Of a stretch of 44,361 nucleotides of DNA, positions 34,952-43,222 are shown in pieces. This DNA is from a virus (taxonomy: Duplodnaviria > Caudoviricetes): positions 1-44,361 of IMG/VR virus record IMGVR_UViG_3300012940_000010; one strand, 5' to 3'. The notes below the pieces were generated by a model. The model was not told the DNA's origin and ran no database searches. It saw nothing but the letters and a program-made list of their open reading frames with translations. The stretch's first letter is position 1, and every line of letters begins with the position of its first letter. The position numbers were made by a program, and so were the translations under genes.

Positions 34952-35308
34952 ATGATCGGCTGGCTCGTCTCGGCTCTCCTGAAGCCACTCACCGCGCTGG
35001 GCGAACGCTACCTGCAAAACCAGAACGATAAGGCGCGTCTGGAGGCAGGCATCACGGAAGCGGCCTATCAGGCAGATTATGCCCTGAAGCGGATAAAGCT
35101 CAGTTATGCCCTAGGAAGGATACCGCTTTTCATAGCCGAGACGGCTTGTGCGCTCTACGTCGCCGCGATCCTTATCGACAGCACCTTTCCTATGGAATGG
35201 CTGACCCCGCTTCAGCTTCCTGGCTGGTTCCTGTCCCGCTTCGACATGATCCTTGCCAGCGTCTTCGGCCTCGCCACATTCGAGCGCGTGGTTGGGAGGC
35301 GCAAATGA
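34952..35308 (+). CDS. membrane lysis protein (3TM holin-like)
   Basis: Amphipathic N-terminus, hydrophobic segments, FGLATFER tail. Confidence 0.6.
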   Translation: MIGWLVSALLKPLTALGERYLQNQNDKARLEAGITEAAYQADYALKRIKLSYALGRIPLFIAETACALYVAAILIDSTFPMEWLTPLQLPGWFLSRFDMILASVFGLATFERVVGRRK

Positions 35309-35559
35309 CCGCCCGCCGCACCATGACGGAGGAAGAAATCCGCGCCATCGCCCACGAGGCCGCCAAGCAGGCCGTCAAGCAGACGTTCACCACATTGGGC
35401 ATCGATGCGGATAATCCCCTCGAAGCGCAGAAAGATTTCCAGATGCTCCGCGACTGGCGGCGCTCTGCCGAGACTGTGAAGAAACAGAGTCTCGTGACTG
35501 CGGTCGGCATCCTCACAGCCGGGGTGCTAGGCGCAATCTACCTCTACATCAAAGGCTGA
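35305..35559 (+). CDS. C-terminally anchored membrane protein of the lysis cassette
   Basis: GGAGG SD; EAAKQAVKQTFTTLGID...DFQMLRDWRR followed by a TM helix. Confidence 0.65.
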   Translation: MTARRTMTEEEIRAIAHEAAKQAVKQTFTTLGIDADNPLEAQKDFQMLRDWRRSAETVKKQSLVTAVGILTAGVLGAIYLYIKG

Positions 35560-35586
35560 TCCCCCCAACCAGCACGAAAGGAGCGT

Positions 35587-36219
35587 GTGATGCGCTCGAT
35601 ACCCATGTGGGGCCGTCTCGGTCTCGCCGCGTTGCTTTGCGTTGCGTTCATTGCCCTGATCGCCGCCAAGCCTTCCGAGGCTCCGGCGTTCCCGGTCGTC
35701 AAGATCATCGTCAACGGCGGCCACGGTAGCGGCGCTAACCTTGGCGGGGGGTATATCCTCACGGCGGGCCACGTCTCCGAAGATGCCGGTGCGGTCACGG
35801 TAATGACGCCTGACGGCATCCAGCACGAAGGTGAGGTGCTTTGGTCGAACCACGGCCCCGGCTCCTATGACGTGAGCCTCGTCTACGTCCATTCCCTGCG
35901 CGATACCGATGGAGCGGACCTGTCCTGCGAAGTTCCGAAGCTCGGTCAGGAAATCGTCATCCTCGGCAATCCGAAGATGAGCAACTGGATCAAAACGTGG
36001 GGCAGGGTGGCAAATCCCGATATCGGCCCGTCTGCCTTCAATCTCTGGCGGCAGATCATCGTTCTGGACGCCACGGCCACCAACGGCAACAGCGGCGGAC
36101 CTGTCCTCGATGCCAAAACGGGTGAGATCGTCGGCATCCTTGTGGGCGGCTACCCCGGTACGGGCATCACCTTCATGGTCCCCGGCAAGACGCTCTGCCA
36201 CCTGCTTGGCCGCGTATGA
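35587..36219 (+). CDS. exported trypsin-like (S1) serine protease
   Basis: Signal/anchor N-terminus; GSG, LTAGHV, YDVSL and GNSGGPV catalytic motifs. Confidence 0.9.
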   Translation: MMRSIPMWGRLGLAALLCVAFIALIAAKPSEAPAFPVVKIIVNGGHGSGANLGGGYILTAGHVSEDAGAVTVMTPDGIQHEGEVLWSNHGPGSYDVSLVYVHSLRDTDGADLSCEVPKLGQEIVILGNPKMSNWIKTWGRVANPDIGPSAFNLWRQIIVLDATATNGNSGGPVLDAKTGEIVGILVGGYPGTGITFMVPGKTLCHLLGRV

Positions 36220-36299
36220 CCTTTGAGCAAATCGCTCTGAGGGTGGCTGCCTACGCGGTCATCCTCGGCCTTCTCTCCACCTGCTATCAGAGTATCTAA

Positions 36300-37442
36300 A
36301 TGGCCCAAGGCAAGCGGCTTTCCGACGAGGAAATCGCAGAGACGGTTTCCCTCTATCAACAGCTTGGAACACAAAGGGCAGTAGCACGGCATCTTGAAGT
36401 AGACCCGAAGACGATACGGGACAGGCTGGATCTGGCGAAGCGGAAAGGTTTGCTGCCTGCCAACCCTGATCCCGCCGTCAACGCCGGTATGGAAGCCGTA
36501 GGCACGACCATCACCCCGGCAGGCATGTGGATCAAGACGCCGAAGGACGAAGACGGCATTGCGCGGTCGATCTACATAAAGCCGCAACAGGAAGCCCAAG
36601 AGGACATCCTGGAGCGCATTCGTAGCGCGTTTGAGGGTATAGAGCCTGCAAAGCCCGTTTCGCCGCCAGCGGCCACGCATGGAGATTTGCTGACGTGCTA
36701 TCCGATAGCTGATGCGCACCTCGGACTCAGGGCGTGGCATAAAGAGACTGGTTCCGATTACGACACAGATATTGCCTCTGAACGGGTGCGCAACTGGATA
36801 GCGCAATGCGTAGCGGCTTCCCCGCCTTCCGAGACGGCGATTATCCTCGATGTTGGGGATCTGACCCACGCGAACGACGATACCAATCAGACGCCCCGTT
36901 CAAAGCACGTCCTTGATGTCGATACGCGCATGTATCGCACCTTGGATATCGGCATCGCCACCATCGGTGGGTCCGTGGAAAGCGCGCTGACGAAGCACAA
37001 GACCGTCCACGTCTGCATCCTGCCAGGGAACCATAATCCGACCATCTACCTCGCCATCATGTTCGCGCTGGCCGAACGCTATCGCAATGAACCGCGCGTC
37101 ATCGTTCACAAGCAGCCCGGCGAGTTCTTCCTGCATGAGTTCGGCAAGGTGATGATCGCCGCGCATCATGGCGACAAGGCCAAAGCCGACCGGCTGGTTC
37201 ATTTCGTGGCGGATGAGTACGCCGAGGCATGGGGCAGGACGAAACACCGATTCCTGTTCACCGGCCATCTGCACCACCACAAGAGCCAGGATATCGGCGG
37301 CATGAAGTGGGAGCAGCTTCGCGCCGTGACCGAGCGGGACGCCTACGCCGTGAGCCATGCCTATGCAGCCAGAGCGCAGCTACAGGCGATCACCTATCAC
37401 CGCGAAAGGGGAGAAATCCAGCGCGTTGCCGTCAACGCCTGA
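36300..37442 (+). CDS. HTH + calcineurin-like metallophosphoesterase
   Basis: N-terminal HTH; DAHLG, GDLTH, PGNHN, HHGD, GHLHH motifs. Confidence 0.85.
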   Translation: MAQGKRLSDEEIAETVSLYQQLGTQRAVARHLEVDPKTIRDRLDLAKRKGLLPANPDPAVNAGMEAVGTTITPAGMWIKTPKDEDGIARSIYIKPQQEAQEDILERIRSAFEGIEPAKPVSPPAATHGDLLTCYPIADAHLGLRAWHKETGSDYDTDIASERVRNWIAQCVAASPPSETAIILDVGDLTHANDDTNQTPRSKHVLDVDTRMYRTLDIGIATIGGSVESALTKHKTVHVCILPGNHNPTIYLAIMFALAERYRNEPRVIVHKQPGEFFLHEFGKVMIAAHHGDKAKADRLVHFVADEYAEAWGRTKHRFLFTGHLHHHKSQDIGGMKWEQLRAVTERDAYAVSHAYAARAQLQAITYHRERGEIQRVAVNA

Positions 37443-37471
37443 TTGCCCCAACCCTCTGAATCTGCTATACA
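37443..37471 (+). promoter_or_regulatory. sigma70-like promoter
   Basis: TTGCCC-N17-TATACA in the intergenic gap. Confidence 0.5.
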
Positions 37472-37483
37472 AATGGTGTGTTG

Positions 37484-37669
37484 ATGACGCTTTCCGACAA
37501 GGTTCAAGAGTTCCTGACGCTGGCAGACGGCGATGCTCACCGCGCGCTTGTCATGGCCGTGAAATGTCTTGCCCTCACCGGCCTTACCGTCAGCGCCGGA
37601 TATGTGAGACGTTCGCCATATGTCGAGGTGGCACCGGCAGAAGAACGCGGGGAGGTGCTGGATGTCTGA
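37484..37669 (+). CDS. small hypothetical protein
   Basis: ADGDAHRAL...VSAGYVR; overlaps the next gene. Confidence 0.6.
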   Translation: MTLSDKVQEFLTLADGDAHRALVMAVKCLALTGLTVSAGYVRRSPYVEVAPAEERGEVLDV

Positions 37670-37982
37670 TCCGGTCAACCCCGATCACTACCGCTCGCAC
37701 CCGTCAGGCATCGAATGCATCCAGATCACGGAGCATATGAACTTCTGTCTCGGCAATGCCTTCAAATATATCTGGCGCGCAGGTCTCAAAGGTGACGCTA
37801 TCGAGGATCTGAAGAAGGCGAGGTTTTACATCGACCGCGAGATTGCCCGCCTCGAAGAACGCCGCTCCTACGAATCCACCCGCGCCAAGGCAGAAGAGCT
37901 ATACGCAAACGATGCAGGCGGGCCGCTCAGCGCTGCGGATGAGACCGTGCAGCGGCATTACATGAGCAAGGCGGCAGGTTAA
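37662..37982 (+). CDS. DUF3310 (SaV / T7 gp1.7-like) protein
   Basis: DPVNPDHY...IECI...FCLGNAFKYIWRAGLKGDAIEDLKKARFYIDREI; GGAGG SD. Confidence 0.9.
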   Translation: MSDPVNPDHYRSHPSGIECIQITEHMNFCLGNAFKYIWRAGLKGDAIEDLKKARFYIDREIARLEERRSYESTRAKAEELYANDAGGPLSAADETVQRHYMSKAAG

Positions 37983-38031
37983 AGTTTACCCGTCCAAACT
38001 TTAACAGAGCCACGCTTTGTTAAAGCCGACT

Positions 38032-38133
38032 TCAATAAACCAGCCACGTCACCGCCTCATAGGCTACCGTTCCTATAAGACCTAGAGCAAGGATGGTGAG
38101 GAATAGAGGTTCTGGCAGGCCTCCGGGTCTCAT
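38032..38133 (-). CDS. small single-TM peptide (33 aa) in an SOS-controlled operon
   Basis: MRPGGLPEPLFLTILALGLIGTVAYEAVTWLVY; GGAG SD; ATGA-coupled to the upstream gene. Confidence 0.5.
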   Translation of the reverse strand: MRPGGLPEPLFLTILALGLIGTVAYEAVTWLVY

Positions 38134-38309
38134 TTGGCTTTCTCCGCCACTGCGTAGCCTAGCTCAAACGCATCAATTATGATGGCCGCGAGGTAGCCCT
38201 CCAAGACAGGGCCGTCAGCGCCGCATTCGTCAAACAGTCCGCGAACCCTCTCCAGTGTTTTATCGAACACGAATCCGTGGTCTTCCTTTGCTCTGGCCAC
38301 GTCACTCAT
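38130..38309 (-). CDS. LexA-controlled small protein (59 aa), antirepressor candidate
   Basis: MSDVARAKEDHGFVFDKTLERVRGLFDECGADGPVLEGYLAAIIIDAFELGYAVAEKAK; GGAG SD, TACTAT -10 and SOS box upstream. Confidence 0.65.
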   Translation of the reverse strand: MSDVARAKEDHGFVFDKTLERVRGLFDECGADGPVLEGYLAAIIIDAFELGYAVAEKAK

Positions 38310-38339
38310 CTCATCTCTCCATAAGGGATAGTAGCAGGG

Positions 38340-38354
38340 GAACGCAAAAAGAAC
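38340..38354. promoter_or_regulatory. alphaproteobacterial LexA (SOS) box
   Basis: GAAC-GCAAAAA-GAAC, exact GAAC-N7-GAAC, over the -35/spacer of a minus-strand promoter. Confidence 0.8.
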
Positions 38355-38355
38355 A

Positions 38356-38540
38356 CGCGTTACACAAGGCTATCTGAACAGGGCGGATTTAACGTACCGC
38401 GTTACGCATCTTTCCCAATGATTTCAACAAGGTTGCAATCCGGGCGAGGCCTCCAATTACCACGTTTTTTTGATTTGATTTCAGCAACTTAACTATACAC
38501 GTTACACGCATAGGATTGCAACGCCCGCCTCGCGTTACAC
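38356..38540. other. attP: core AATCCGGGCGAGGCCTCCA (38437-38455) with arm-type repeats
   Basis: tRNA 3'-end-like core ending in CCA; four direct CRCGTTACRC repeats (38356, 38398, 38498, 38531); AT-rich IHF-like stretches; immediately downstream of the integrase. Confidence 0.85.
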
Positions 38541-39575
38541 ACCGCTCATGCGGTCTGCGCCCTCTTGGGCGAGGCGACGGCGATTCGCCGCCTGCACATA
38601 GGGGCGCGCTTCCTTGGGGTCGCTCCACCCAAACCAAGCCATCAATTGATATTCTGTCGCGCCTCGTTCAGCCATTTTCGTCGCGCGCCATTTCCTGACG
38701 CCGTGCGCGGTGATGCCCTCAACGTCAGCTTGACGAAACCACTTCGCCACACGCTGCGACAGAGCTTTGTCGCTGGCGAATGGCTTGCCGCTCTCCGACA
38801 GAAGAAATGTCATGTTGTCCATAGGAAGGACGGCGGCTAACTCTGGATCAAGCGGAAGCTCGCATAGGACGCCTGTCTTGACCGTCTTGAACACGAGCAG
38901 CCCTTGCTTCAAGTGCTGGCGTCCAAGGATGCGAAGATCAGACACGCGGACGCCCGTATGCTTCAAGAGCATCATAGCCAGATGAGCGGGGCCGCTGGTG
39001 TGCTTTTTCAGGTAGTTGGTGATATCCTCATCTGAGGCGGTTTCATGCCCTCCGCGCTTCACTCGCAGGCGCTCGATATCGCGGACATGGTTGTAATCCA
39101 CCCACCCCTTAGATACGCCAAGCTTGAAGACGCGGGAAAGGATTTTCAGGCGCTCATTGCCTGCGTTCGGATTGTCAGCCTTCCGGTCCCGCAGAACTTC
39201 CAGATGCGCGCGACCGATGCGCTTGGCCTTCTCGTCGCCAAATTTCTCAGGCTTCCCGCGCTCCAGCGGCTCTGCCATCATGGCAAGGATGACACGGCGG
39301 CGGGCGGTCCTGGTGGACTCTGCCTTGGACTTGAAGTCGGTCGAATTCATATATTGATCGCAAAGCCATGCGAAGGTTCCTTCTTGCGCTACTGCACCAG
39401 GAGCGGTCCAGTTGAGGCATCGCCAGTAAACATTCATAAATTCTTCGGATTTTGGCTCTCCGGGCAGGCGCGTGATTGGCTGCCCGCGCCTTCTGAAATA
39501 GTATCGGAGAGTCCCGTCCTTGTTCTTGCGGGCGGTGACGTGCTCTAACGTCATTTCCATTTCGGGAGCCTTCAA
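38535..39575 (-). CDS. int: tyrosine integrase
   Basis: TGVRVSD, KT, AHGVRK, FGW, RPY catalytic residues. Confidence 0.93.
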   Translation of the reverse strand: MKAPEMEMTLEHVTARKNKDGTLRYYFRRRGQPITRLPGEPKSEEFMNVYWRCLNWTAPGAVAQEGTFAWLCDQYMNSTDFKSKAESTRTARRRVILAMMAEPLERGKPEKFGDEKAKRIGRAHLEVLRDRKADNPNAGNERLKILSRVFKLGVSKGWVDYNHVRDIERLRVKRGGHETASDEDITNYLKKHTSGPAHLAMMLLKHTGVRVSDLRILGRQHLKQGLLVFKTVKTGVLCELPLDPELAAVLPMDNMTFLLSESGKPFASDKALSQRVAKWFRQADVEGITAHGVRKWRATKMAERGATEYQLMAWFGWSDPKEARPYVQAANRRRLAQEGADRMSGV

Positions 39576-39778
39576 AGTTTTGGCTCTCGGATTAGCGGAT
39601 CGGGATTGTCGTTGTGTCCACCCGCGTCGGGCAAGTTATCCACAGCTTCGGAGCCTATCACGACAGACAGGCTTGAGCCGTCGAACATTATTCGCGCAAC
39701 GGGAAGCCCGCACGTCTGGACGGCCTTAACCATCCGGCAAACCTCGTCATGGGTTATGCGGGCAGCGCGTCTCGTCAA
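39572..39778 (-). CDS. excisionase-position protein
   Basis: 68 aa directly upstream of int; ARITHDEVCRMVKAVQTCGLPV. Confidence 0.55.
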   Translation of the reverse strand: MTRRAARITHDEVCRMVKAVQTCGLPVARIMFDGSSLSVVIGSEAVDNLPDAGGHNDNPDPLIREPKL

Positions 39779-39918
39779 TCCCCGCCTCCTTGCTCCTGTA
39801 GGGCGACGATACGCTCATCATATGATCTGCGGACATCAGCGGCCCACCTGCCGACGCTGCCCGGTGATGTGATGATGCCGACAAGAATGAAAATGAGGAA
39901 GATCGCCAGACCGTTCAT
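39775..39918 (-). CDS. small membrane protein (47 aa)
   Basis: MNGLAIFLIFILVGIITSPGSVGRWAADVRRSYDERIVALQEQGGGD; 4-bp overlaps. Confidence 0.55.
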   Translation of the reverse strand: MNGLAIFLIFILVGIITSPGSVGRWAADVRRSYDERIVALQEQGGGD

Positions 39919-40145
39919 TTATGGAACTCCTTGGCCCTCGCCAGCGCCTTGCAGCAAGGGCCATTAGGCGCATCAAAAGGCAAGTAGGCTTCGCCAACCT
40001 CTACCATGGCACTCAGAGCGCCTTGCAGTGCGCGAATTTCGTCGATCAATTCTTCAATGATGTCGGCGTCGGACCCGAATGCAATGGGTTCGCCCATGCG
40101 CAGCATCCCGGCTTTGATCTTTGCTCGCTTGATTAGGTCGCTCAT
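39915..40145 (-). CDS. hypothetical protein
   Basis: MSDLIKRAK...; GGAGG SD. Confidence 0.65.
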   Translation of the reverse strand: MSDLIKRAKIKAGMLRMGEPIAFGSDADIIEELIDEIRALQGALSAMVEVGEAYLPFDAPNGPCCKALARAKEFHK

Positions 40146-40417
40146 CGCTCGCCTCCTTGCTCCTGTAGGGCAGCGCGGCGGACGAGTTCGAGATTGGTTT
40201 CGCGCTCCCATCCGCCCATCACGACCCCCACGCCATAAAGGTATTCGAAGCGATCAATGTCGTGGTTGTACCGAATGCCGCCTTCCTTCACCCAGAAGGA
40301 ATGGTTTTCGTAACTTCCGCTGTAGATTCGGAGATAGTCGCCTACCGAGAATTTTGGCTTCTGCCGCAATTCCTCATCGACCTCGACAACCTTCCTGACG
40401 GTGCGCACGGTCCTCAT
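40142..40417 (-). CDS. hypothetical protein
   Basis: 91 aa; PKFSVGD motif; coupled overlaps. Confidence 0.65.
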   Translation of the reverse strand: MRTVRTVRKVVEVDEELRQKPKFSVGDYLRIYSGSYENHSFWVKEGGIRYNHDIDRFEYLYGVGVVMGGWERETNLELVRRAALQEQGGER

Positions 40418-40992
40418 CCCCGCACCTCCTTCTCGGCTGCGGCGACTGGCGGCTTGGGAAGGGGCATCCAGTGGGTGGGGTTAGGAACGTACCCGCTCCG
40501 ATGGAACAGCCACAGGTGCTCCGCATTGTTCCAATATGCGCAATACATTCCGGTCCACGCCGGGGAACCGACCTTCTGCCCTTCTGTCGCCACTAATATC
40601 AACCGTCCGTCCTTCGGAGCCGATGCTATGTCCTGCCACCCCTCCGGTACTGCGGAATGGGCGAGGGCGGCTAGGATACGGTCGGCGCACCGCCGTGCCT
40701 CGGTTTGTGCGTGGGAGTTGCCGCCGTCCATCCATACCGGGATGACGCCATTCTTAGGAGACTCGACTGCTGCCCACGTCATTGCGCCATAGATGAGTTT
40801 CGCAACGTCCTCGCGGTCTTTCACCCCCACCGCCTCCGCTCTGGCATGGGCGGCGGCTTCGAGGGCGTATGCGCAGGCATGGAAACCGACATCCGGCGTG
40901 GGTGGCGTCACTCGACCAAGAGCAACCTTGTCCATGTATTCGCCAAATGCGGTCTTATAGGCGATCACTTCCTTCTCGCTGATCTCACTCAT
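40414..40992 (-). CDS. DUF551-domain protein
   Basis: WQDIASAPKDGRLILV...PTHWMPLPKPP; AAGGAG SD before MSEISEK. Confidence 0.8.
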   Translation of the reverse strand: MSEISEKEVIAYKTAFGEYMDKVALGRVTPPTPDVGFHACAYALEAAAHARAEAVGVKDREDVAKLIYGAMTWAAVESPKNGVIPVWMDGGNSHAQTEARRCADRILAALAHSAVPEGWQDIASAPKDGRLILVATEGQKVGSPAWTGMYCAYWNNAEHLWLFHRSGYVPNPTHWMPLPKPPVAAAEKEVRG

Positions 40993-41201
40993 CGGAAACT
41001 CCTTTCTGTGAGGCGGCGGGAACCGGCATCGGTAATCCGCATGTCGAACAACGGGCATGTGACAAAGCCCCGAAGCCAAGCCAACCAGACAACCTTGTAG
41101 ATTTCGCGTGTATCCCGCTTGAGCCAGTAGTGGAGTTTTCGGGCATGGCCTCCCGGCTCTTTAGCCATGTCGGACAAGAACTGATCTTCGGTCAGCATCA
41201 C
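40989..41201 (-). CDS. hypothetical protein
   Basis: 70 aa; coupled overlaps. Confidence 0.55.
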   Translation of the reverse strand: MMLTEDQFLSDMAKEPGGHARKLHYWLKRDTREIYKVVWLAWLRGFVTCPLFDMRITDAGSRRLTERSFR

Positions 41202-41437
41202 CCCTTCTCCCCTGTCTTTTGTTGTGCAGACAGAGCATAACGAATTGCTTTCTCTATCTTGTTTGCCAGCTTCTTATAGGCAGCATTACGCTGGCTTTCT
41301 GTGATAAGTCCACGAAGATGCAGATGAACGATTGCCTTGTTATCTTCATCGAAGTGCTCTGCAATCTCGGCATCTAGAATAGGGTGCTGCTCCTTCATAG
41401 GAGGTGCGCCCCATCCAAATTCCACTCCGTTATTCAT
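41198..41437 (-). CDS. hypothetical protein (MNNGVEFGWG...)
   Basis: Start follows the repeated GGGGAGAAGGGG-TGATG junction; the longer track ORF looks like a shadow extension. Confidence 0.65.
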   Translation of the reverse strand: MNNGVEFGWGAPPMKEQHPILDAEIAEHFDEDNKAIVHLHLRGLITESQRNAAYKKLANKIEKAIRYALSAQQKTGEKG

Positions 41438-42027
41438 CACCCCTTCTCCCCTGTCTTTTGCCCGTCGCGGAAAGAGCGGGCGCGGCGGAGGTCGCCGTAT
41501 GTCAGATTGTTCCCGCCTATGGGCCAGTGGTCGATGTCTGGTCCGGGGCAGAGTTGATCCCTGCGTCGGCTTTCCTTGGCGAAAGGCTCGATCGGTGGTT
41601 ACAAGATCGGAGGTAACATGAAACTCCCTGAACTCTTTCAGGTCATCATTGACCACGACCGAAACAAGCCGCGCCTCAAGGCACCCAGTTCCGCCTTGAG
41701 GCGCAGAACTTCGATATTACATGCCTGAGCCATTGCCGACTGAAGTTCCACGGCCGCCTTGAGGCTCGCTACTTCTTCCTGATGGGCTATCTGCTCGCAT
41801 GGAGTACCCATCTGATCGTCGAGAAGCTTCGCGTAATGGCTAACCTTAGCCTCGGCGGCTTCTACGCGGGCCTGCAAGGCGATGATTGCTGCGGCGGCTT
41901 CTTCGATTAGATCGGCATCCTCTCGCGACAGGCGAGCGACTACGGAAAGGTATCTGTCTTTGTCGTCAGCCGTGGCGTTTCGCCTTACCGATGCGGTTTC
42001 TTCTAGCCTCTGAACTAGGTCAGTCAT
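41437..42027 (-). pseudogene. coiled-coil early gene interrupted in frame by a 75-nt segment (41590-41664) carrying two stops
   Basis: The same frame continues after the stops as EPFAKESRRRDQ...LTYGDLRRARSFRDGQKTGEKG* and its stop is coupled to the next start. Confidence 0.6.
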
Positions 42028-42431
42028 TCTGCATTCACCTCACGGAATAGCGGCTTCGGAGGAAGCTGGTTACGGGTAATGCGCGGGGTCTTGCCGGTGG
42101 ACGGGAAGCCTGCGGAGCGGATGGATTGCTTGGGGCGGCGCGAGCCGTTGTGCTTCTGCCGAACCTTCGCAACCTTGTCCTTTTCCTTCCGGTCCTTCGC
42201 CGTCTTGCCGACATGGCAATGCTTGTGAGCCGGTGCGAGATTGGATTCGCGGTTCTCGCCTCCATTAATCAGGGCCGTGATATGGTCGGCCTCCCAGGTT
42301 TCCCCCGGCTTGATCGTCAGCTTACAGATGTGGCAAGTGCCGTTGTCGCGCTGGAATATGCGGTCACGTACGCGGGCCGGAACCTTGGCGTCGTCGTTCT
42401 TGCCGACCCATTCGGAAACCGTGCGGGGCAT
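42024..42431 (-). CDS. HNH endonuclease
   Basis: RDNGTCHICK...DHITALINGGENRESNLAPAHKHCHVGKT. Confidence 0.88.
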   Translation of the reverse strand: MPRTVSEWVGKNDDAKVPARVRDRIFQRDNGTCHICKLTIKPGETWEADHITALINGGENRESNLAPAHKHCHVGKTAKDRKEKDKVAKVRQKHNGSRRPKQSIRSAGFPSTGKTPRITRNQLPPKPLFREVNAE

Positions 42432-42641
42432 TCAGGCAATCTCCTGCAAGGCTTCGGATAGCGCATCCGCCAGCATGGCCGTGAAGCCGTCTGCCTCGCG
42501 CATACGGGCAACGTCTGCCTCTATCTGTGCGCGCTTGATGTGGCGGAGAAGATCGCAATACCCGCTGCGGAGCCTGCTATGAGGCGGCAGGGAATTTAGC
42601 TTTGCCGTGACAAAGGCGGCGTCTACGGTGACGATGTTCAT
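42432..42641 (-). CDS. hypothetical protein
   Basis: 69 aa; tightly packed. Confidence 0.6.
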   Translation of the reverse strand: MNIVTVDAAFVTAKLNSLPPHSRLRSGYCDLLRHIKRAQIEADVARMREADGFTAMLADALSEALQEIA

Positions 42642-43222
42642 GCGGCATTCCTTTCCTTGGGGCCTCTGCCGTGGTTTGGATGGAAGCCGTGGTCCTCTTG
42701 CGCGGAAATCCTGGCGTGGATCGCCTCGCCCTTGCTCTCAAACAGTCCGAGATAAATTTGGGATGCGTTTATGGTGAGGTACGCTCGCCACTTCCGTGTT
42801 TCCTTGTGCCAGGACACACCGGTAACCCCGCTAGTGTTGCTGCTCGAGCGGGCGCTGTTCCGTGCATTGGATATGAAATCCGCCTCGCGCAAATTCGCGA
42901 TACGGTTGTCGGTTCCATCGCCGTTGATATGGTCTATGACATCGGGCGCGTAACCGTGCACCATCACCCAAATAATCCGGTGAGCCAGGAATAGATTGCC
43001 GTCTACAGCCCCGACGAGATACCTACCATTAGAGGCCGTGAAAGCCTCCCTGCCAGCATTCTTGCTGTTCCAGTTCGCACACTTGTGTGAAGCCGATCGC
43101 TTAGGGCTTGCTGAGAAGTCTTCTGGCAAACGGGGTCGCCATAAAAGCTTCCCACTCACTGGGTCATAATCCAGAAGGTGCAAAAGCCTGCCGCGTGATG
43201 GCATTGTTCGCCGCGCTCGCAT
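42638..43222 (-). CDS. HNH-AP2 homing endonuclease
   Basis: AHRIIWVMVHG...IDHINGDGTDNRIANLR; NTSGVTGVSW...KWRA...YLGLF. Confidence 0.9.
   Translation of the reverse strand: MRARRTMPSRGRLLHLLDYDPVSGKLLWRPRLPEDFSASPKRSASHKCANWNSKNAGREAFTASNGRYLVGAVDGNLFLAHRIIWVMVHGYAPDVIDHINGDGTDNRIANLREADFISNARNSARSSSNTSGVTGVSWHKETRKWRAYLTINASQIYLGLFESKGEAIHARISAQEDHGFHPNHGRGPKERNAA

Noticed and set aside
38431-38455. tRNA gene
   Set aside because: Only the 3' end is present, with no D or anticodon arm; it is the att core
41590-41664. Hammerhead ribozyme or T4 gene 60-type matched-codon bypass
   Set aside because: No CUGANGA core on either strand; the ACC before the first stop has matching ACC codons only in a different frame
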